This document shows positions 30,954-43,531 of a DNA stretch of 64,000 nucleotides, in pieces. Below the pieces are notes generated by a model. It worked only from the letters and a program-made list of their open reading frames with translations, ran no database searches and had not been told where the DNA came from. This stretch comes from an uncultured Chloroflexia bacterium (GTDB lineage: Bacteria; Chloroflexota; Limnocylindria; Limnocylindrales; CSP1-4). Made by a program: the position numbers and the translations under genes. Each line of letters begins with the position of its first letter. Within the stretch, counting starts at the first letter, position 1. The stretch is taken from the NCBI GenBank assembly GCA_963752475.1, contig CAVVYR010000001.1, positions 32,001 to 96,000 on the forward strand, in the 5' to 3' direction.

Positions 30954-33900
30954 CTAGGCCCGCAGGACGAGTGTGTCCTGGTACACCCGCTGCGTGGGGC
31001 GACCGCACCAACTGCCCAACTCGAGCGTCGACCTCGAACCCGATGGAGCGCAGCAGTGACTCCACCCAGGCCTGATCGCAGGCGAAGGCGTGGAGTGGGT
31101 CCTCTTCGTCGAAGTAGCGAGACACGTCGTCATGCCGATTGCGCATCGGGTACGCCGAGCGGCCCTCCCGCTCCATCCGCGCTTGGCTCTCGTTCAGCAG
31201 GAAGAACGTGGCAAAGACCCGACCGTCCGGGGCGATGACCTTGTGCGTCTCACGGAGGTAGTGCTCGATGGCATCGGGGTACATATGCGTGAACAGGCTG
31301 GTGGCGATGACAAGGTTCGGGGCTGGCCCGAGATCCAAAAGACATCGGTCGGACGCAGGCTTCCCGTCGGGTTGTAGCGCGAGTTCTCCACGTCGAGGTG
31401 ATGGAAGGTATGGCGGCCGTAGCTGACCGGCGTGAGGCGATCGGCACACCAGACGACGTGTCTGGCGAGGATGTCCAGGCCAACGTACCTGCCCACGTGA
31501 CCGTGGCGCAGCAGCGCATGCGCGACCCGGCCGTAGCCACAACCGATGTCCAGGATGTCGTCGTCTGGCTGTAGCCCCACAAGGTCCTTGAGTTCGGACA
31601 CGACGTCATCACCGACGTCGAGGAAGGCCTCGTCGGACCTGCCCATCAAGCGAAGCTCGGGCGGTGGCAACGGGAGCGCGTCGGGCGGAGCCGGAGCCTC
31701 GACCCCCAGGATGGATTCGATGGTGGCTGAGAGCCGCTGGGCTCGGGCGTCGAAGCTGTGGTCGCGCTCGATGGCTCGGGCCAGTTCCTCGCGCGCCTCG
31801 CGTGTGCTCTCCGACTGGTCGATGGCCTGCTGCACGACCTCGGCCAGTTCATCGCGGTGACTATAGGTGCGGACCAAGTCGCCGAAGACGTCGTCCAGGC
31901 CCTCGGTGTGGTCACTGATGATGACAGCGCCACAGGCCGCAGCATCGAAGAGGCGGTTCGAGATGAAGCCGTGCATCCGCATATCATCCCAGTGGTCGCT
32001 GAGGATGACGGCGGCACGCCGATAGTGGCTGGCCAGGTCCGGCTGCGACAGGTACGTGTCCACCAGCATCGAGCGAGGCGCCAGGCCGTCCCAGTCCGGC
32101 CCATAGATGGTCAGGTCCAGACCGGCGACAAGCGCGTCCTCGATGATCCTGGCGTCTGGTGCCTCGCGAGAGGCGCCGATGAACTCCACGCCCAAGCGGC
32201 TCGCCGTTCAGCCGCGTCATCGAGGTGGAAGACACGCGTGTCAGTGCACTGCAGCATCGGGCTGACGGTGAGGCGCTCGTCGGCAGACAGCCGAGCGCGT
32301 GAAGCTCTCGGACGCGACGAATACATGGTCGTACGAGAGCAGCTCGGCGGTGTTGACGAGGTCTGGGTGGCTGATGAGCCACATGAGGTTGACCTGGCCG
32401 GGACGCGGCTCGTATTCGTCGAGCCCCCTCAGCACGATGACCGCATCGTCCCCGAGCGCGAGCTCGCTGTACCACTCGTCCATGCAGTCGATGCGGACGC
32501 GGTAGCCCAGCTTTCGCAGTGAGGCTGCCCAGGCTCCTGGCGAAGTGATAGTCGCCCCACTGGCCGCGGTCATCTCGCGGCTGGGCGCGCCGATCTTGAT
32601 GCCGATCCTGCGCCGCTCGCCGAGGCTCTCGAATTCCGCGAGCGCCTGCACGGCCCGTGCACGATACGTGTGCTCGGCCTCGACCTGCGCGCTGTAGGTC
32701 TGCCACACGCTGGGTGCGTGCCGCGTCGTCGCCGAGGTACGTCCAGAGCAGCTGTTCGAGCTCCTGCTTGTTGCCATACGTAGGCAGCAGGTCGCCGAAG
32801 ACCTCCTGCGCACCGGCTTCGCCATTGGTGACGACCAGCGCGCCCGCAGCGATGGCGTCGAAGACGCGGCTGTTGACCGAACCCCACGATTTGGTGGCAC
32901 TGTTCGCGTCGTCGACCACCAGCTTGGTGCTGGCATAGACATCCGGCATCTCGGGATACGGGACCGGTCCACGCAGGCTCGCGGCCAGGTCGGCGAAGCG
33001 TTCCCAGCCATGGCCGAAGAGGGCGAATTCGAAGGGCAAACCGGCCGGCTGGAGGTCATAGACGATCTCGCGGGGCGCACCATGGAAGCTGCCGGTGAAG
33101 CAGTAGTCGCTGGCCAGCTCCCGTCGCGTCTGGCCCTGCCTGAAGTGCTCGCGTTGGTCGCCAGCCGGACCACTGAGACGATCGCGAGTGAGCACCTCCG
33201 CCATGTGAGCCGCACCGCGCTCGGAAGACGCCCACACCAAGTCATAGTCGTCGATCCATGGCCGGCTGGCCCAGCGATCGAACCAGTTGCGGGCCCAGGC
33301 CACGGTCGTCAGGCCGTGGTGCCGGTTGGTCGCCCGCGAGAGGTCGTAGTCGTCTCTCATCGTGATGAGGATGTCCACGCCATCGAGGTCGTACCAGTTG
33401 CGCTCCATGTCCAGGAACACGACACGGCAGGGCGTTTGCGCGCTGGAGCGCACGGCCGAGCTCCAGCGCGGTGTAGTAGTCACCGGCGCTGGCATCCTCA
33501 CTGGCCTCGGTCACGGCGAAGGCGATGCACGGCGGCTTCGACGTCCAGAACCCCGGCCGTTGAAGCAGGTCCTGTGCCTGCTGGCGCCTCAGCCAACTGC
33601 CCTGACGCTCGTGGAGCAACTGCGAGTTCCTGAACAGGTGGCTGTGGAGGCGCTGACCTCGCGACCCGCGCGTGCTGCCTCGCGCATGGGTCGCCGCGAC
33701 GTCGTTGGCCGAGACCACGCGCTTGCCTGACTCGCGGGCCATGCTGAGACAGAAGTCGACGTCCTCGAGGCCATAGAAGATAGCCCTCGTCCAACCCGCC
33801 GACAGCCAGGAATTCCTCGCGCCGGCAAGCCATGAGTGCGGCCGTCACCGAGGGTGAGTCGACGAGCGCCTCGCGGACATCCGCGAGGCCGTGGGTGGAA

Positions 33901-35858
33901 CGCGCCTCGAACGGATGCACCGACCGCTCCACATGAGCCGGAGAGAAGAACACACCCAGGTGCTGCACGGCGGGCGCGTGGTCCTTGGAGCCGTGGCGGG
34001 TCCATCAGGCGGAAACCGACGACACCGATGGACGCGTCCTGCAGCACCCGAACGGCCTCGCCAGCGATATCGTCACGGAGCTCCAGGTCGTTGTTGGCCA
34101 GGAGCAGGACGTCGGCATCGGTGGAACGGGCGGCGAGATTGCTGGACTCGGAGAACGAGTAGTTGTGGTCGCGGCGGATGACTGGTCAGCGGCAGCCGCT
34201 CGCGCCCACTTCTCGAGGACCTCGAGGCTCGCGTCTTGTGAGGCGTGGTCGACGACGATGTACTCGACATTCGGGTGAACCACGTTGCACTCGACACTGG
34301 CGAAGAGTCGGTCCAGGAGGGCGGCGCCATCACGATTGAGCGTGACCATCGCCACCTTCGGATCGTTGGGCAAGCCGGCAGACGCCTGCGCTTCCGATGG
34401 TTGCAGCCGTGGCCCGGGAGCGAGGGTCAGCCCATCAGGGCTCGGAGGCACGACGTGGGCCATCTGAGCGAACGCCGCACGTCCCGAACGTGGACGCGAC
34501 ACGGATCTCGACCGGGTGGTCGGCAGCCAGATTCGGTGGTGGCGCGTAGTGGAAGCCGTACGGGTGGTCATCCGCAAAGCCATCGTACTTGGCTGCCACA
34601 TCCGGCCGGGGCACATCGGTCTCGATGCTGGCCAGCAGCGCGCCATCCACGAACACATCCAGGAGCACGGGTTGACCCGGGGCGGAGCGGTCCCGGACCC
34701 AGCCTCTGATCTCCCGCGCGGAGAGCTCGTCGATGGCACCGTCGATCCAGGCAGGCTCCCCTGCCCTGACGACTGGAGGCTGGGGCCTCGTGACACCAGT
34801 CCGCCCAGCGCGGCCGCGACCCAGTATCACGGGGGTCCCGGCGACGCGGATGATGACATCGTCGCGCTCGAGTGCCAGCCGCTCATGGAAGGCATGCCGG
34901 CCGACCCCGATGTCCGCCCGTTCGAGATCCTCTCGGTATGAGTCGGCGCTCAACGTCGCTAGCGTCTCGCCATCTCTCTCGACGCAGATCGAGACCGGGT
35001 CAAGCGGCCGTGCTCGATCCTGTGCCCAGCCCTCGAGTTCCAGATGACCGTCGGCCCACTCGGCTGCTTCCAGCGCACCTCTGAAGCGCTGGAGCAATTC
35101 GACTCGTAGCGGGCTACCCGTCAGTGGCCGACCGTCAGCGAGCACCTCGACCGCGGTCGCGTTCGAATGTAGCGCCGCCTCGGGCAGATCCACCCTAAAG
35201 CCTCGCCGCCGCGTCCTGTCGTCCAGGCACAGGCTCAATCGAGGGGCGCCACGCCAGACGATCGTTCCATCATGGCGGACTTCGACCTCTGTCTCATCCA
35301 CGCTGTCGTCGAGCCAGCCCTCCACGACGGCGCCATCGATGACACGGACGGACCCCGGCACCGTCGCGTCGCTATTCGCCCCCAGCTGCGTCGCTCCCGT
35401 GACGGATCCACCAGCCTCGACAGTCAGCGAGGATGCCGGACGGAGGAGCGGGGAGCTCAGGAGATGCTGCAGCGGGTTCATCCCGAGCGCGGCGCACTCA
35501 GGATGACGCCGCACGTAGTCGCGGCCGTCGAACCCCGGCTTGGGGTTGCGTCCCTCGCGCCAACCGAAGAGCAGATAGTGGTCGAGCGGATGCAGGCGCA
35601 CGCGGCGCATGTCGGGATACGCGGAGAGGAACCAAGGCCATATCGAAGTAGCTGGTTCGGGTCACGCGGCTCGGTCGCCGTCAGGCTGCGGAACTGGCGA
35701 TACGCGCGCAGGCGCCCGCGTGGCGCATCGGGGTAGCGGCATCGGTACCACTCGTCGTCGAAGAGTGGGTTGACCCGCAAACCCAAGCGCAGCGAGGTAG
35801 CTCGCGCCAGCAACGGCAGATCACGCTCGGACGCGTGATGCGATCCGACGCCGAGCAT
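30954..35858 (-). CDS. Very large multidomain glycosyltransferase (N-terminal repeats, beta-sandwich repeats, GT2, two CgeB/Glyco_trans_1_2-like domains, C-terminal SAM methyltransferase), multiple frameshifts
   Basis: FDDEWY/FDGRDY..NPLQH repeats; GWAQD..RED...GRHAF; GT2 VVDHASQD..ED; GDY, SVNSRVFDA and ISNRLFDA; LDIGCGYGR. Confidence 0.72.
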
Positions 35859-35974
35859 CAGACGAGAGCCACCAACTCAAGGGACGGGCGCTAGGCACGG
35901 AGTACTCCCCTCACGGGCGTGGGCTGAGCTCATTCGCGCTAGGCAGCGCACTTCCGCACTCAAGCCCATCAGCC

Positions 35975-36764
35975 TCATGCTGGCGCGCTCGTAGGACCAG
36001 CGGCCTGCTCGAGCCGGCTACGTGCGTGATCGTGGAGCATCGCGTCGAAGCGGTTGAGCTCGCGGATCCGCTCCCGGGCAGCGGGCTCGATGGTGTCGAG
36101 TGCGGGGCGCTTGGGATTGACGTTCTCACGCTGCACGGTCGGCAGCGTGGAGCCGATGACCTGCCCCAGCACGGCCGCGCTGCGATCCATCTGTTCGGTC
36201 ACGAGCAGCGCCGCGAAGTGCGCCTCGATGTTCATCAGGGCCTGGTCAAGCATGGTCTGGGTGATACCGCCGAAGGGCACACCGCGAACGCCGGCGATGT
36301 TGCGCACCATGAGATTGTCGACGGCGAGCTTGTCACCCTTGAATACCCACTCCTCGAGCGAGGCCCGGCTGAAGCGCATGCGCAGCCGCTCGCGGTGTCC
36401 CTTGCCTCCGAAACGGATGCCGGGCAGGTTGCGGTAGTGATAGAAGAGCGAGGCCACGCGATCGACGGGGTCGCGCACGACCGTGACGTAGCGCGACGGC
36501 CGCGGCACCCGGCGATGGACCCCGAACGTGAAGTGACCGGCGATGAGCGCGTAGCGACCGATCTGCTCGGACGTTAACGCCTGGAAGTCCGCGCGTGTCA
36601 TGGCGCCGTCGAGCTCGCCGGGGCCGTAGACAAGCCCGACCTGACGGTCGGCGTAGGCCTGCAAGAACGGCCGTTCGCAGCGACGTCCCGCCCGTCTTGG
36701 GCAGGTGCATGAAGAGCAGGACGTCGTCGCCGATGGAAGGTACCTGCGATGACCCTGGATTCAT
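35975..36764 (-). CDS. Sulfotransferase family 2 protein (frameshift near 36665)
   Basis: FMHLPKTGGTS (5'-PSB), RDPVDRVAS (3'-PB) and IRELNRFD motifs. Confidence 0.88.
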
Positions 36765-37618
36765 GAGCGGGCGGGCCACCAGCCGGTGCGGAACGACTCG
36801 GCTTCGGAGCGCTCGAGCATCGTCTCGTAGAGCTCGACATCGAGGCGGTTGAGCTCGCGGATGCGCTGGCGCAGCTCCGGATCGAGCTGGTCGACGCCGG
36901 GACGCTTGTCGTTCACGTTGGCCCGGACCTGGTTGGGGATGGCATAGCCCAAGCGCGTGCCCAGGCGGCGCAAGTCGCGGTTCATGTGCTCCGCGAAGAG
37001 GATCATCGCGAAGTGCGCGTCGATGTGCTCGATGGCCTCGGCCAGCATGTCGTCGGTAGTGGCGCCGTACTCGACAGCAGGCCGGCCGGAGATGGCCCGG
37101 ACCTGCTGGTTGTCCGCCTCGATCCGCTGGAGGCCAAAGACCCAGTCCTCGAGCGAGAGGTCCCGATCCTCGATCATCTGCCGCTCGCGGGCCGCGCGGC
37201 CCTCCTTGGCGGGTACGACCTGACGGTAGTGGTAGTAGTGCGACATCACCCGATCGACCGGGTCGCGCAGGACCGCCACGTACCGACACTCATGTGGAAC
37301 CAGGCGATGGGTGCCATACGAGAGGTGGCCCATCACGAATCGAAGCTGTGCCCGCCGCTCCTCCGGCAGGTTCTCGAACTCGCGCGGGTGCATCGAACCC
37401 TCGAGGCCGGGCGCATCGTAGAGATAGACGCGCTCGTCGGGCTCGTAGGCCTGGCCCATGGCCTGCCGCAGGGACGTCCCGGCCGTCTTGGGAATGTGCA
37501 GGAAGATGAGCGTCCAGTCGTGGCGCGGACGGAAAGCGACAAAAACCCGGTGTGCAGCGTCACGGACGCGGTCGGTCGATACCACACGTGCAGGATGCCA
37601 CTGATACCCATCTGCCAT
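36761..37618 (-). CDS. Sulfotransferase family 2 protein (start uncertain)
   Basis: FLHIPKTAGTS, LRDPVDRVMSHY and IRELNRLDVELY motifs. Confidence 0.88.
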   Translation of the reverse strand: MADGYQWHPARVVSTDRVRDAAHRVFVAFRPRHDWTLIFLHIPKTAGTSLRQAMGQAYEPDERVYLYDAPGLEGSMHPREFENLPEERRAQLRFVMGHLSYGTHRLVPHECRYVAVLRDPVDRVMSHYYHYRQVVPAKEGRAARERQMIEDRDLSLEDWVFGLQRIEADNQQVRAISGRPAVEYGATTDDMLAEAIEHIDAHFAMILFAEHMNRDLRRLGTRLGYAIPNQVRANVNDKRPGVDQLDPELRQRIRELNRLDVELYETMLERSEAESFRTGWWPARS

Positions 37619-37747
37619 CGGCCGTCTATCCTAGCGACTGATGCATCGACGAAGAGGGATGGGCGCGGAGCTGGATCTCCGCTTGTCTCCCGCGACTTCC
37701 AACACGAAGAACCGCCTCGGCGACCGCCCAGCATCTGGGGCGGCCGA

Positions 37748-38600
37748 GTGACGCAACGAACCGCAGATCAGCACATCGCGCAGATCGTCCCCGCCGAGAA
37801 GTGGCCGGTCCTCGGCTGGGGTGAACTCTGGCGCATGCGCCGCATCCTGTTCGTGCTCGCCCAGCGCATCCTCAAGGTGCGCTACCAGCATACGGCGTCT
37901 CGGCATCCTCTGGGTCGTGCTGCAGCCGCTCATCCTGGTGCTCATCGTCAGCGTCTTCATGGGCTTCGTCATCGGCCGCGGCATGCGGGGGATCTGCCCT
38001 TCGCGGTCTGGCTCTTCCCCGCCTGGGTCGCCTGGCGAACGTTCCAGAAGGTCGTCAACGAAGGGGGCGGCAGCGTCAATGCCAACGGCGCGCTGGTCCA
38101 GCGCATCTACCTGCCGCGAATCTTCTTCCCGATGGCCGTGTCTCTCGCCAGCCTCGTCGACCTGGTCTTCATGATGCTGGCGCAGCTGGCTCTGCAGGCA
38201 GCGTACGGCATCGTTCCCGGCAAGGGCATGCTGCTTGTCCCGGTCGCGGTCGTGATCATGTACATGGCCGCCCTCGGGTTCTCGTTCTTCTTCTCCTCGT
38301 CATCGCTGCAGTACCGCGACATGGACATCATCAAGCCGCTGCTCGTGCAGGCCTGGTTCTGGATGTCGCCGATCATCTACCCGGCGACGCAGATCCCCGA
38401 GGATGTCCGGACGTTCTACTGCCTGAACCCAATGGCGGTCGTCATCGAGTCCTTCCGCTACGGGCTTCACGAACTCGACGCCGCAACCGCCGACGGAAGC
38501 CTGGGTCCTCGGCTTCTCGACGGCCTTGATCGCGCTCATCGCCGGCTACTTCTACTTCCGGCGACATGAACCGCTGTTCGCGGACTTCCTGGGCGAATGA
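37748..38600 (+). CDS. wzm: Polysaccharide ABC exporter permease (frameshifted)
   Basis: LKVRY..LGILWVVLQPL, LVQRIYLPR, YRDM, WMSPIIYP, LNPM and FADFL motifs. Confidence 0.88.
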
Positions 38601-39388
38601 GCGAGACACGAGCTGGCCATCGAGGCCGAGGGCCTGGGCAAGTCGTTCCGACTCGCCCGACGGCCGGCGAACGGCGCGCTACTCGACCGCATCGCCGGCG
38701 TGCTCTCGCGCAACGGCCGCCCTGATGACGACCTAGGAGGGACAAGTGATGTGGGCGCTCCGGGACGTCGAGCCTGCATGTCCCGCGGGGCGAGATCTAC
38801 GGCGTCATCGGACGCAACGGCTCCGGCAAGACGACATTGCTCAAGCTCCTTGCGCAAGTCACCGCGCCGACGGAGGGTCATGCCACCGTGCGCGGCCGCG
38901 TGGCTCCGCTGCTGCAGGTCGGTGCCGGTTTCCACCCCAGCTCACGGGCCGCGACAACATCGCGCTCAGCGGCGCCATCCTGGGCATGAGCGTAGAGGAG
39001 GTCCAGGAGCGCTTCGACGACATCGTCGAGTTCTCCGAGATCGGCAAGTACCTGGACCAGCCGGTGAAGAACTACTCCAGCGGCATGTACGCACGCCTGG
39101 CCTTCAGCGTGCGCCTCACATCTGCCGGCCGAGATCATGCTCATCGACGAGGTCCTGTCGGTGGGCGATGCTGACTTCCAGCAGAAGGCGCAGCGCCACA
39201 TGAAGGAGACGCTGACGCGATGGTCGCACGGTCGTCTACGTGGGCCACGGGCTGCACATCGTGCGCGAGTCTGTGCTCGCACGCGTTGGTTCTCGGACGC
39301 GCGGCCAAGGACCGTCTTCGAGGGTGAGGCCGAACGACGCTGCCGACTACTACATGGAAGAGGTCGTCAAGCAGCCCGCGTCGGCTAG
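38597..39388 (+). CDS. wzt: Polysaccharide ABC exporter ATPase (frameshifted; no C-terminal CBM visible)
   Basis: WALRDV, GRNGSGKT, LTGRDNI, YSSGMYARLAFS and IDEVLSVGDADFQQK motifs. Confidence 0.9.
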
Positions 39389-41394
39389 CGCTCCAAGCGC
39401 CCCCAGTCGAGGTCGCAGTCGACGCGGTCGGCGTCGAGGTTGGGGTTGAAGTACGGGTCGCCCGAACGAAGCATCGCCTCCCAGCGCTCCCACAGGCGAG
39501 CCTGGTCGGGCACGTACGGCACCGAGCCACGTGAGCGGCTCTCGTGGTGGATCAGCCGGCTGTCCGGCGTCCACAGCACGCGGCGACCGGTGGCCGCTAC
39601 GCGCACACAGAAGTCGACGTCGTTGCCGCTGACCTCCAGCTCCTCGTCGAAGCCGCCGACCTCCTCGAAGACCGACCGCTCCACCATCAGGCAGGCGCCG
39701 GTGACCGCTGAGACCTCGTGCGTCAGGCGCTGCGCGTCGAGGTACAGGTCGGCGTCCGGGTCGAGGCCCTGGAACCAATGCGCTGCGCCCCCGCCGTGCC
39801 CCACGAGCAGCACGCCGGCGTGCTGGATCATGCCGTCCGGGTAGAGCAGCATCGAGCCGACCACGCCCACGTCGGGGCGGCGAACCTGGCGGACGAGGTC
39901 GTCCATCCACGCGGGGTCGGTAGCCTCGATGTCGTCGTTGAGGAAGAGCAGCAGCTCGCCGCTCGCAGCCTGCGCGCCGACGTTGTTCAGGCGAGACCAG
40001 TTGAAGGGCTCGTGGCGCTCGATCACGTCGCGCCGGAGTCCGCCAGGCGCGCGATGCCCTCGGGATGGGCGCCGCGCCCGTTGTCGACGAAGATGACCTC
40101 GAGGTCCGGGTAGGCCGTCTGTTCGGTCAGCGTGGCCAGAATCATGTCGACGACATCGCTGCGCCCGGTGGTAGGGACGATGACCGAGACGCGAGGGATG
40201 GTGGTCGCCTGCGGCCACTCGATCCGCCGGATCGGACCGCTGGCGCCCGCGTGGCTGTGCACGATGGCGTCGTCGCAGCCCCGACGCTCCAGCTCCGCGC
40301 GCACGGCCGCGGCTTCGGCTGATTGTCGCGCTGGGTCGTCGGTGAGCGGCTCGGACCAGAGCACGTGGGGCACATGCTCGATGGCCCCTACCCCCTCGGT
40401 CAACGCCAGCGACAACGAGTAGCGCCAGGCCGGATCCGAGGCATCGGGCGGCTCGACCAAGAGCTCGCGCAGCCGCTTCCCGTCGCGGGCGACGAAGGCG
40501 CCTCGGATGTAGTCCTGTGCCAGCAACCGGTCGGGCGACCAATCAGGTACGTGCCAGGGATCGCGCTGGCGCCCCTCGGCGTCAAGGCGGTCATGGTCGG
40601 CGTAGATGATGTCAGCCTCGCCGGCCGCGGCTGCGTACGCTCGGCTGGCCAGCGGTGAGAGGACGTCACCTGCCTGCAGGAAACCGACCAATCGATCCTC
40701 GTCGACCTCGGCCGGGAGCGGATCGTCGCCGCGGGCGAGCACGGACCAGGTCGTGTCGGCATCGCGCTGATCGGCGAGCGAAGCCAGGGTCGCGTCGACG
40801 CCGTCGTCGCCCACGACCACGAAGTGACACGAGGCCTGTGCCGGCTCCTCGGCGGGCAGAACGGGCCTCCAGCGCGGCCTGGTCCAGCTCGTACAGGCGC
40901 TGGTATCCGGCGATCGGGATCGATGCGCTCGAACGATCGGGCCAGCACCCGCACGTTCCCGGCCCGATCGCGCGCGACCACGTGCAGCACGTGCGTACCC
41001 ACCGCCACGTCATCAAGCGGCACGATGGCCCCGAAGCCGGCGATGCCCTCTACGCTGAGGTGCTGGCGTTCGACCTCGACGTCTGGGCGTGCGCGTCCGG
41101 TGAAGGCCGGGCCGACGAACTCCCCATCGAGGTAGAGCTCGATCGAATCCACGCCCACCGGCGCATGTGCCCAGCCAAGGACCATGGCCCGTGGTGCGCC
41201 CTCTCGCGCGTCGCGACGTGGCCGGTCAAGCTCGATGCGCACCTGGTCCGGCCGCACCTCCGGCACCGGCGGGCCGTAGATGTCGCGGTTCCGGGCAGCG
41301 CCGATCCGTACCAGCACCTTCTCGGTGCCGCGGTCGACTGTGGCGCGCCAGCCGTGGAGCCGAGCATGGACGATGACCTTGCCCGCGACGGACA
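39385..41394 (-). CDS. Multidomain GT2 glycosyltransferase (frameshifted; start approximate)
   Basis: GWA...RPDV beta domain, IYADHD, DWSPD, FNWSRLNN, LLFLNDDIE, AVTGACL, NDVDFC and HHESRSRG motifs. Confidence 0.82.
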
Positions 41395-41399
41395 CCCGC

Positions 41400-42465
41400 A
41401 GGCGAGACAGCAGGCGCGCGCTCAGCGGCTTGGCCTGGCTACGACCGGCGCGCGCGCGTTCGACGGCCCCGGCCAGGTAGCGCCGCTTCCGCCGGGCGGC
41501 AGGCATCGCCCGCCACAGTTCCGGCACCGCAGCGCAGGCGGCGCGGATCGGCGAAGAGCACGAAGACCCACGACTGCAGCTCGCGCAGGGCGACCCAGGG
41601 CAGGTCGCGCAGCAAGCCGCCGAGCTCCTCGTTCTTCAGCTGCATCAGCCGCTGGTTGCGCCAGGAGAGCGCGCGGACGCGCGGCGGATTGGAGAGGTTC
41701 GCGGCGGCCACGTCGCGCCAGCCGCTCACACCGGTGTCCCCTCCTCCACGGGCGTGCCAGGCGCGGGCGGCCGGCTCGAACCAGGCGCCCCAGCCGAGCC
41801 GCTGCAGCCGCCACGCGAGGTCGACGTCTTCCTTGTAGGCGAAGAAGTCCTCGTCGAGGACCTCCCAGCCACCGCCGGTGCGCGGCTCGCGGGCCTCCTC
41901 GAGCGCCGAGCGACGGAAGACCGGCGCAGGCCCGTCGGCACCCCACACCGGGATCGGCACGGTAGGCACCCGGGATCGCGGACGACCGTCGCGCTGGTCC
42001 CGGCTCACGACGCGTCGGTCGCGATGCATGACCAGGCCGGCGGTGTCGATGACGTCGGTGCGAGCGCCGGGCCCGTCCAGCCGCCACACCAGGCCCTGCA
42101 CGGCCGCCACTCGCGGCCGCTCTTCGAGCGCCGCCACGGACGCCTCGAGGAAACCGGGGTCGAGCTCCACGTCCTGGTTGAGCAGCAGCACGGCCTCGCC
42201 GCGAGCGGCCGCGATGTTGCGGTTGTGCGCCGGGGCATAGCCCAGGTTCTCCGCTGATTCGACGAGCCCGATACGGTCATCGGCCGCGGCACGCTCCCGC
42301 AGCCACTCGACGCTGCCGTCGCCCGAGCCGTTGTCGAAGATGAGCAGCTCGTAGTCCTCGAGCGTCTGCGCCGCCACCGAGTCGAGGCACCCGGGCAGCC
42401 ACTCGAGGCCGTTCCAGGTCACCAGCGAGATCGGTGACCGCCGGCACGCTGTCCCTGCCCATCAC
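41400..42465 (-). CDS. GT2 glycosyltransferase, rhamnosyltransferase-like (ends approximate)
   Basis: VTWNG, DNGSGDGS, NLGYA, LLLNQD and FFAYKEDVDLAWR motifs. Confidence 0.85.
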
Positions 42466-43412
42466 GCGCGCCCGGCGGACCGGCGCTGGAGCGCGAACAT
42501 CGCCTGCACCAACGGACGCAACGGACGCGCGGTGTCGGCCTCGAGGTGCTCGCGGTAGAAGCGCTCGTGCGAGTCGACGATGGCGCGCTTCACCCGCCGT
42601 CGGGTCTCGAGCTGCTCGGGATCGAGCTCGCCGTCAGGCCGTCGCACGTGGCTGCTGCTCGACTTCTCGTGTGTGGCTGCGGCCGTGCCCACGTAGCGCA
42701 CGCGCCAGCCGGCCTGGGTCACCCGCAGGCAGAGGTCGAGGTCCTCCGCGTAGAACCAGTAGCGCTCGTCCCAGCCGCCGACCGCCTCGAGCGCCTCGCG
42801 CCGGATGAGCAGGAATGCGCCCGAGCAGGCCTCGACGTCGTGGACCGTGCTCGTGTCCAGCCAGGTCATGCGGTAGTGGCCGAACCGCTGCGAGCGTGGG
42901 AAGAGCCCGGTCGAGCCGGGTCTTGTACCAGAGCGAGTCGAAGGGGCTGGGGATGCCGCGATGGCAGGCGTGATCGATGCCGCCGTCGGGCAGGTCCAGC
43001 CGACAGGTGGCGATGCCCACGTCCGGGTCCGTCGCCCACCTCGTCGAGCGACCGCCCCGAGCGTGTCCGGCTCGAGCATGACGTCCGAGTTCATGAACAG
43101 GATCCATTCGGTGGCGGCGCCCTCGGCACCCCGGTTGCAGGCCGCGGAGTAGCCGGGGTTGTCGCTGGTGGTCGCGACGCGCAGGCGCGGCCCATCGCTG
43201 CTGCCGGCCACCGAATCGGGCAGGACGAACTCCTCGAGCGGATCCACATCGACCACCACGACATCGGCCGGTACGGGATCGGCCGCGAAGACCCTCGCGA
43301 GGCACCGTCCCAGGAGCTCCGGATTGCGATAGTCGACCACGACCAGGGTCACATCGACGCGCGCCTTCCCCGCGGCCGTGGGCTCGAGGAGCGTCCTGGT
43401 CACCGTGGCCAT
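42462..43412 (-). CDS. GT2 glycosyltransferase (WbbL-like rhamnosyltransferase)
   Basis: NPGYSAACN, FMNSD, CSGAFLL and GWDERYWFYAEDLDLC motifs; local frameshift pair. Confidence 0.85.
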   Translation of the reverse strand: MATVTRTLLEPTAAGKARVDVTLVVVDYRNPELLGRCLARVFAADPVPADVVVVDVDPLEEFVLPDSVAGSSDGPRLRVATTSDNPGYSAACNRGAEGAATEWILFMNSDVMLEPDTLGAVARRGGRRTRTWASPPVGWTCPTAASITPAIAASPAPSTRSGTRPGSTGLFPRSQRFGHYRMTWLDTSTVHDVEACSGAFLLIRREALEAVGGWDERYWFYAEDLDLCLRVTQAGWRVRYVGTAAATHEKSSSSHVRRPDGELDPEQLETRRRVKRAIVDSHERFYREHLEADTARPLRPLVQAMFALQRRSAGRA

Positions 43413-43531
43413 CGGCGCGTGCGTCCTCCCTTCGTCGTGTCGGTCGTTCCGCCCGACAGTATGGGGCCTTGCTCGAGGCCGGTCCTTGGTATCGTCTCGG
43501 AGCACATCCGCACCGAAGGAGAGCCCCCATC

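Noticed and set aside
14289-43100. Programmed frameshifting or mass pseudogenisation
   Set aside because: The indels are scattered without consistent slippery sites and the motifs are intact. Sequencing error is more parsimonious, so the genes are listed as CDS.
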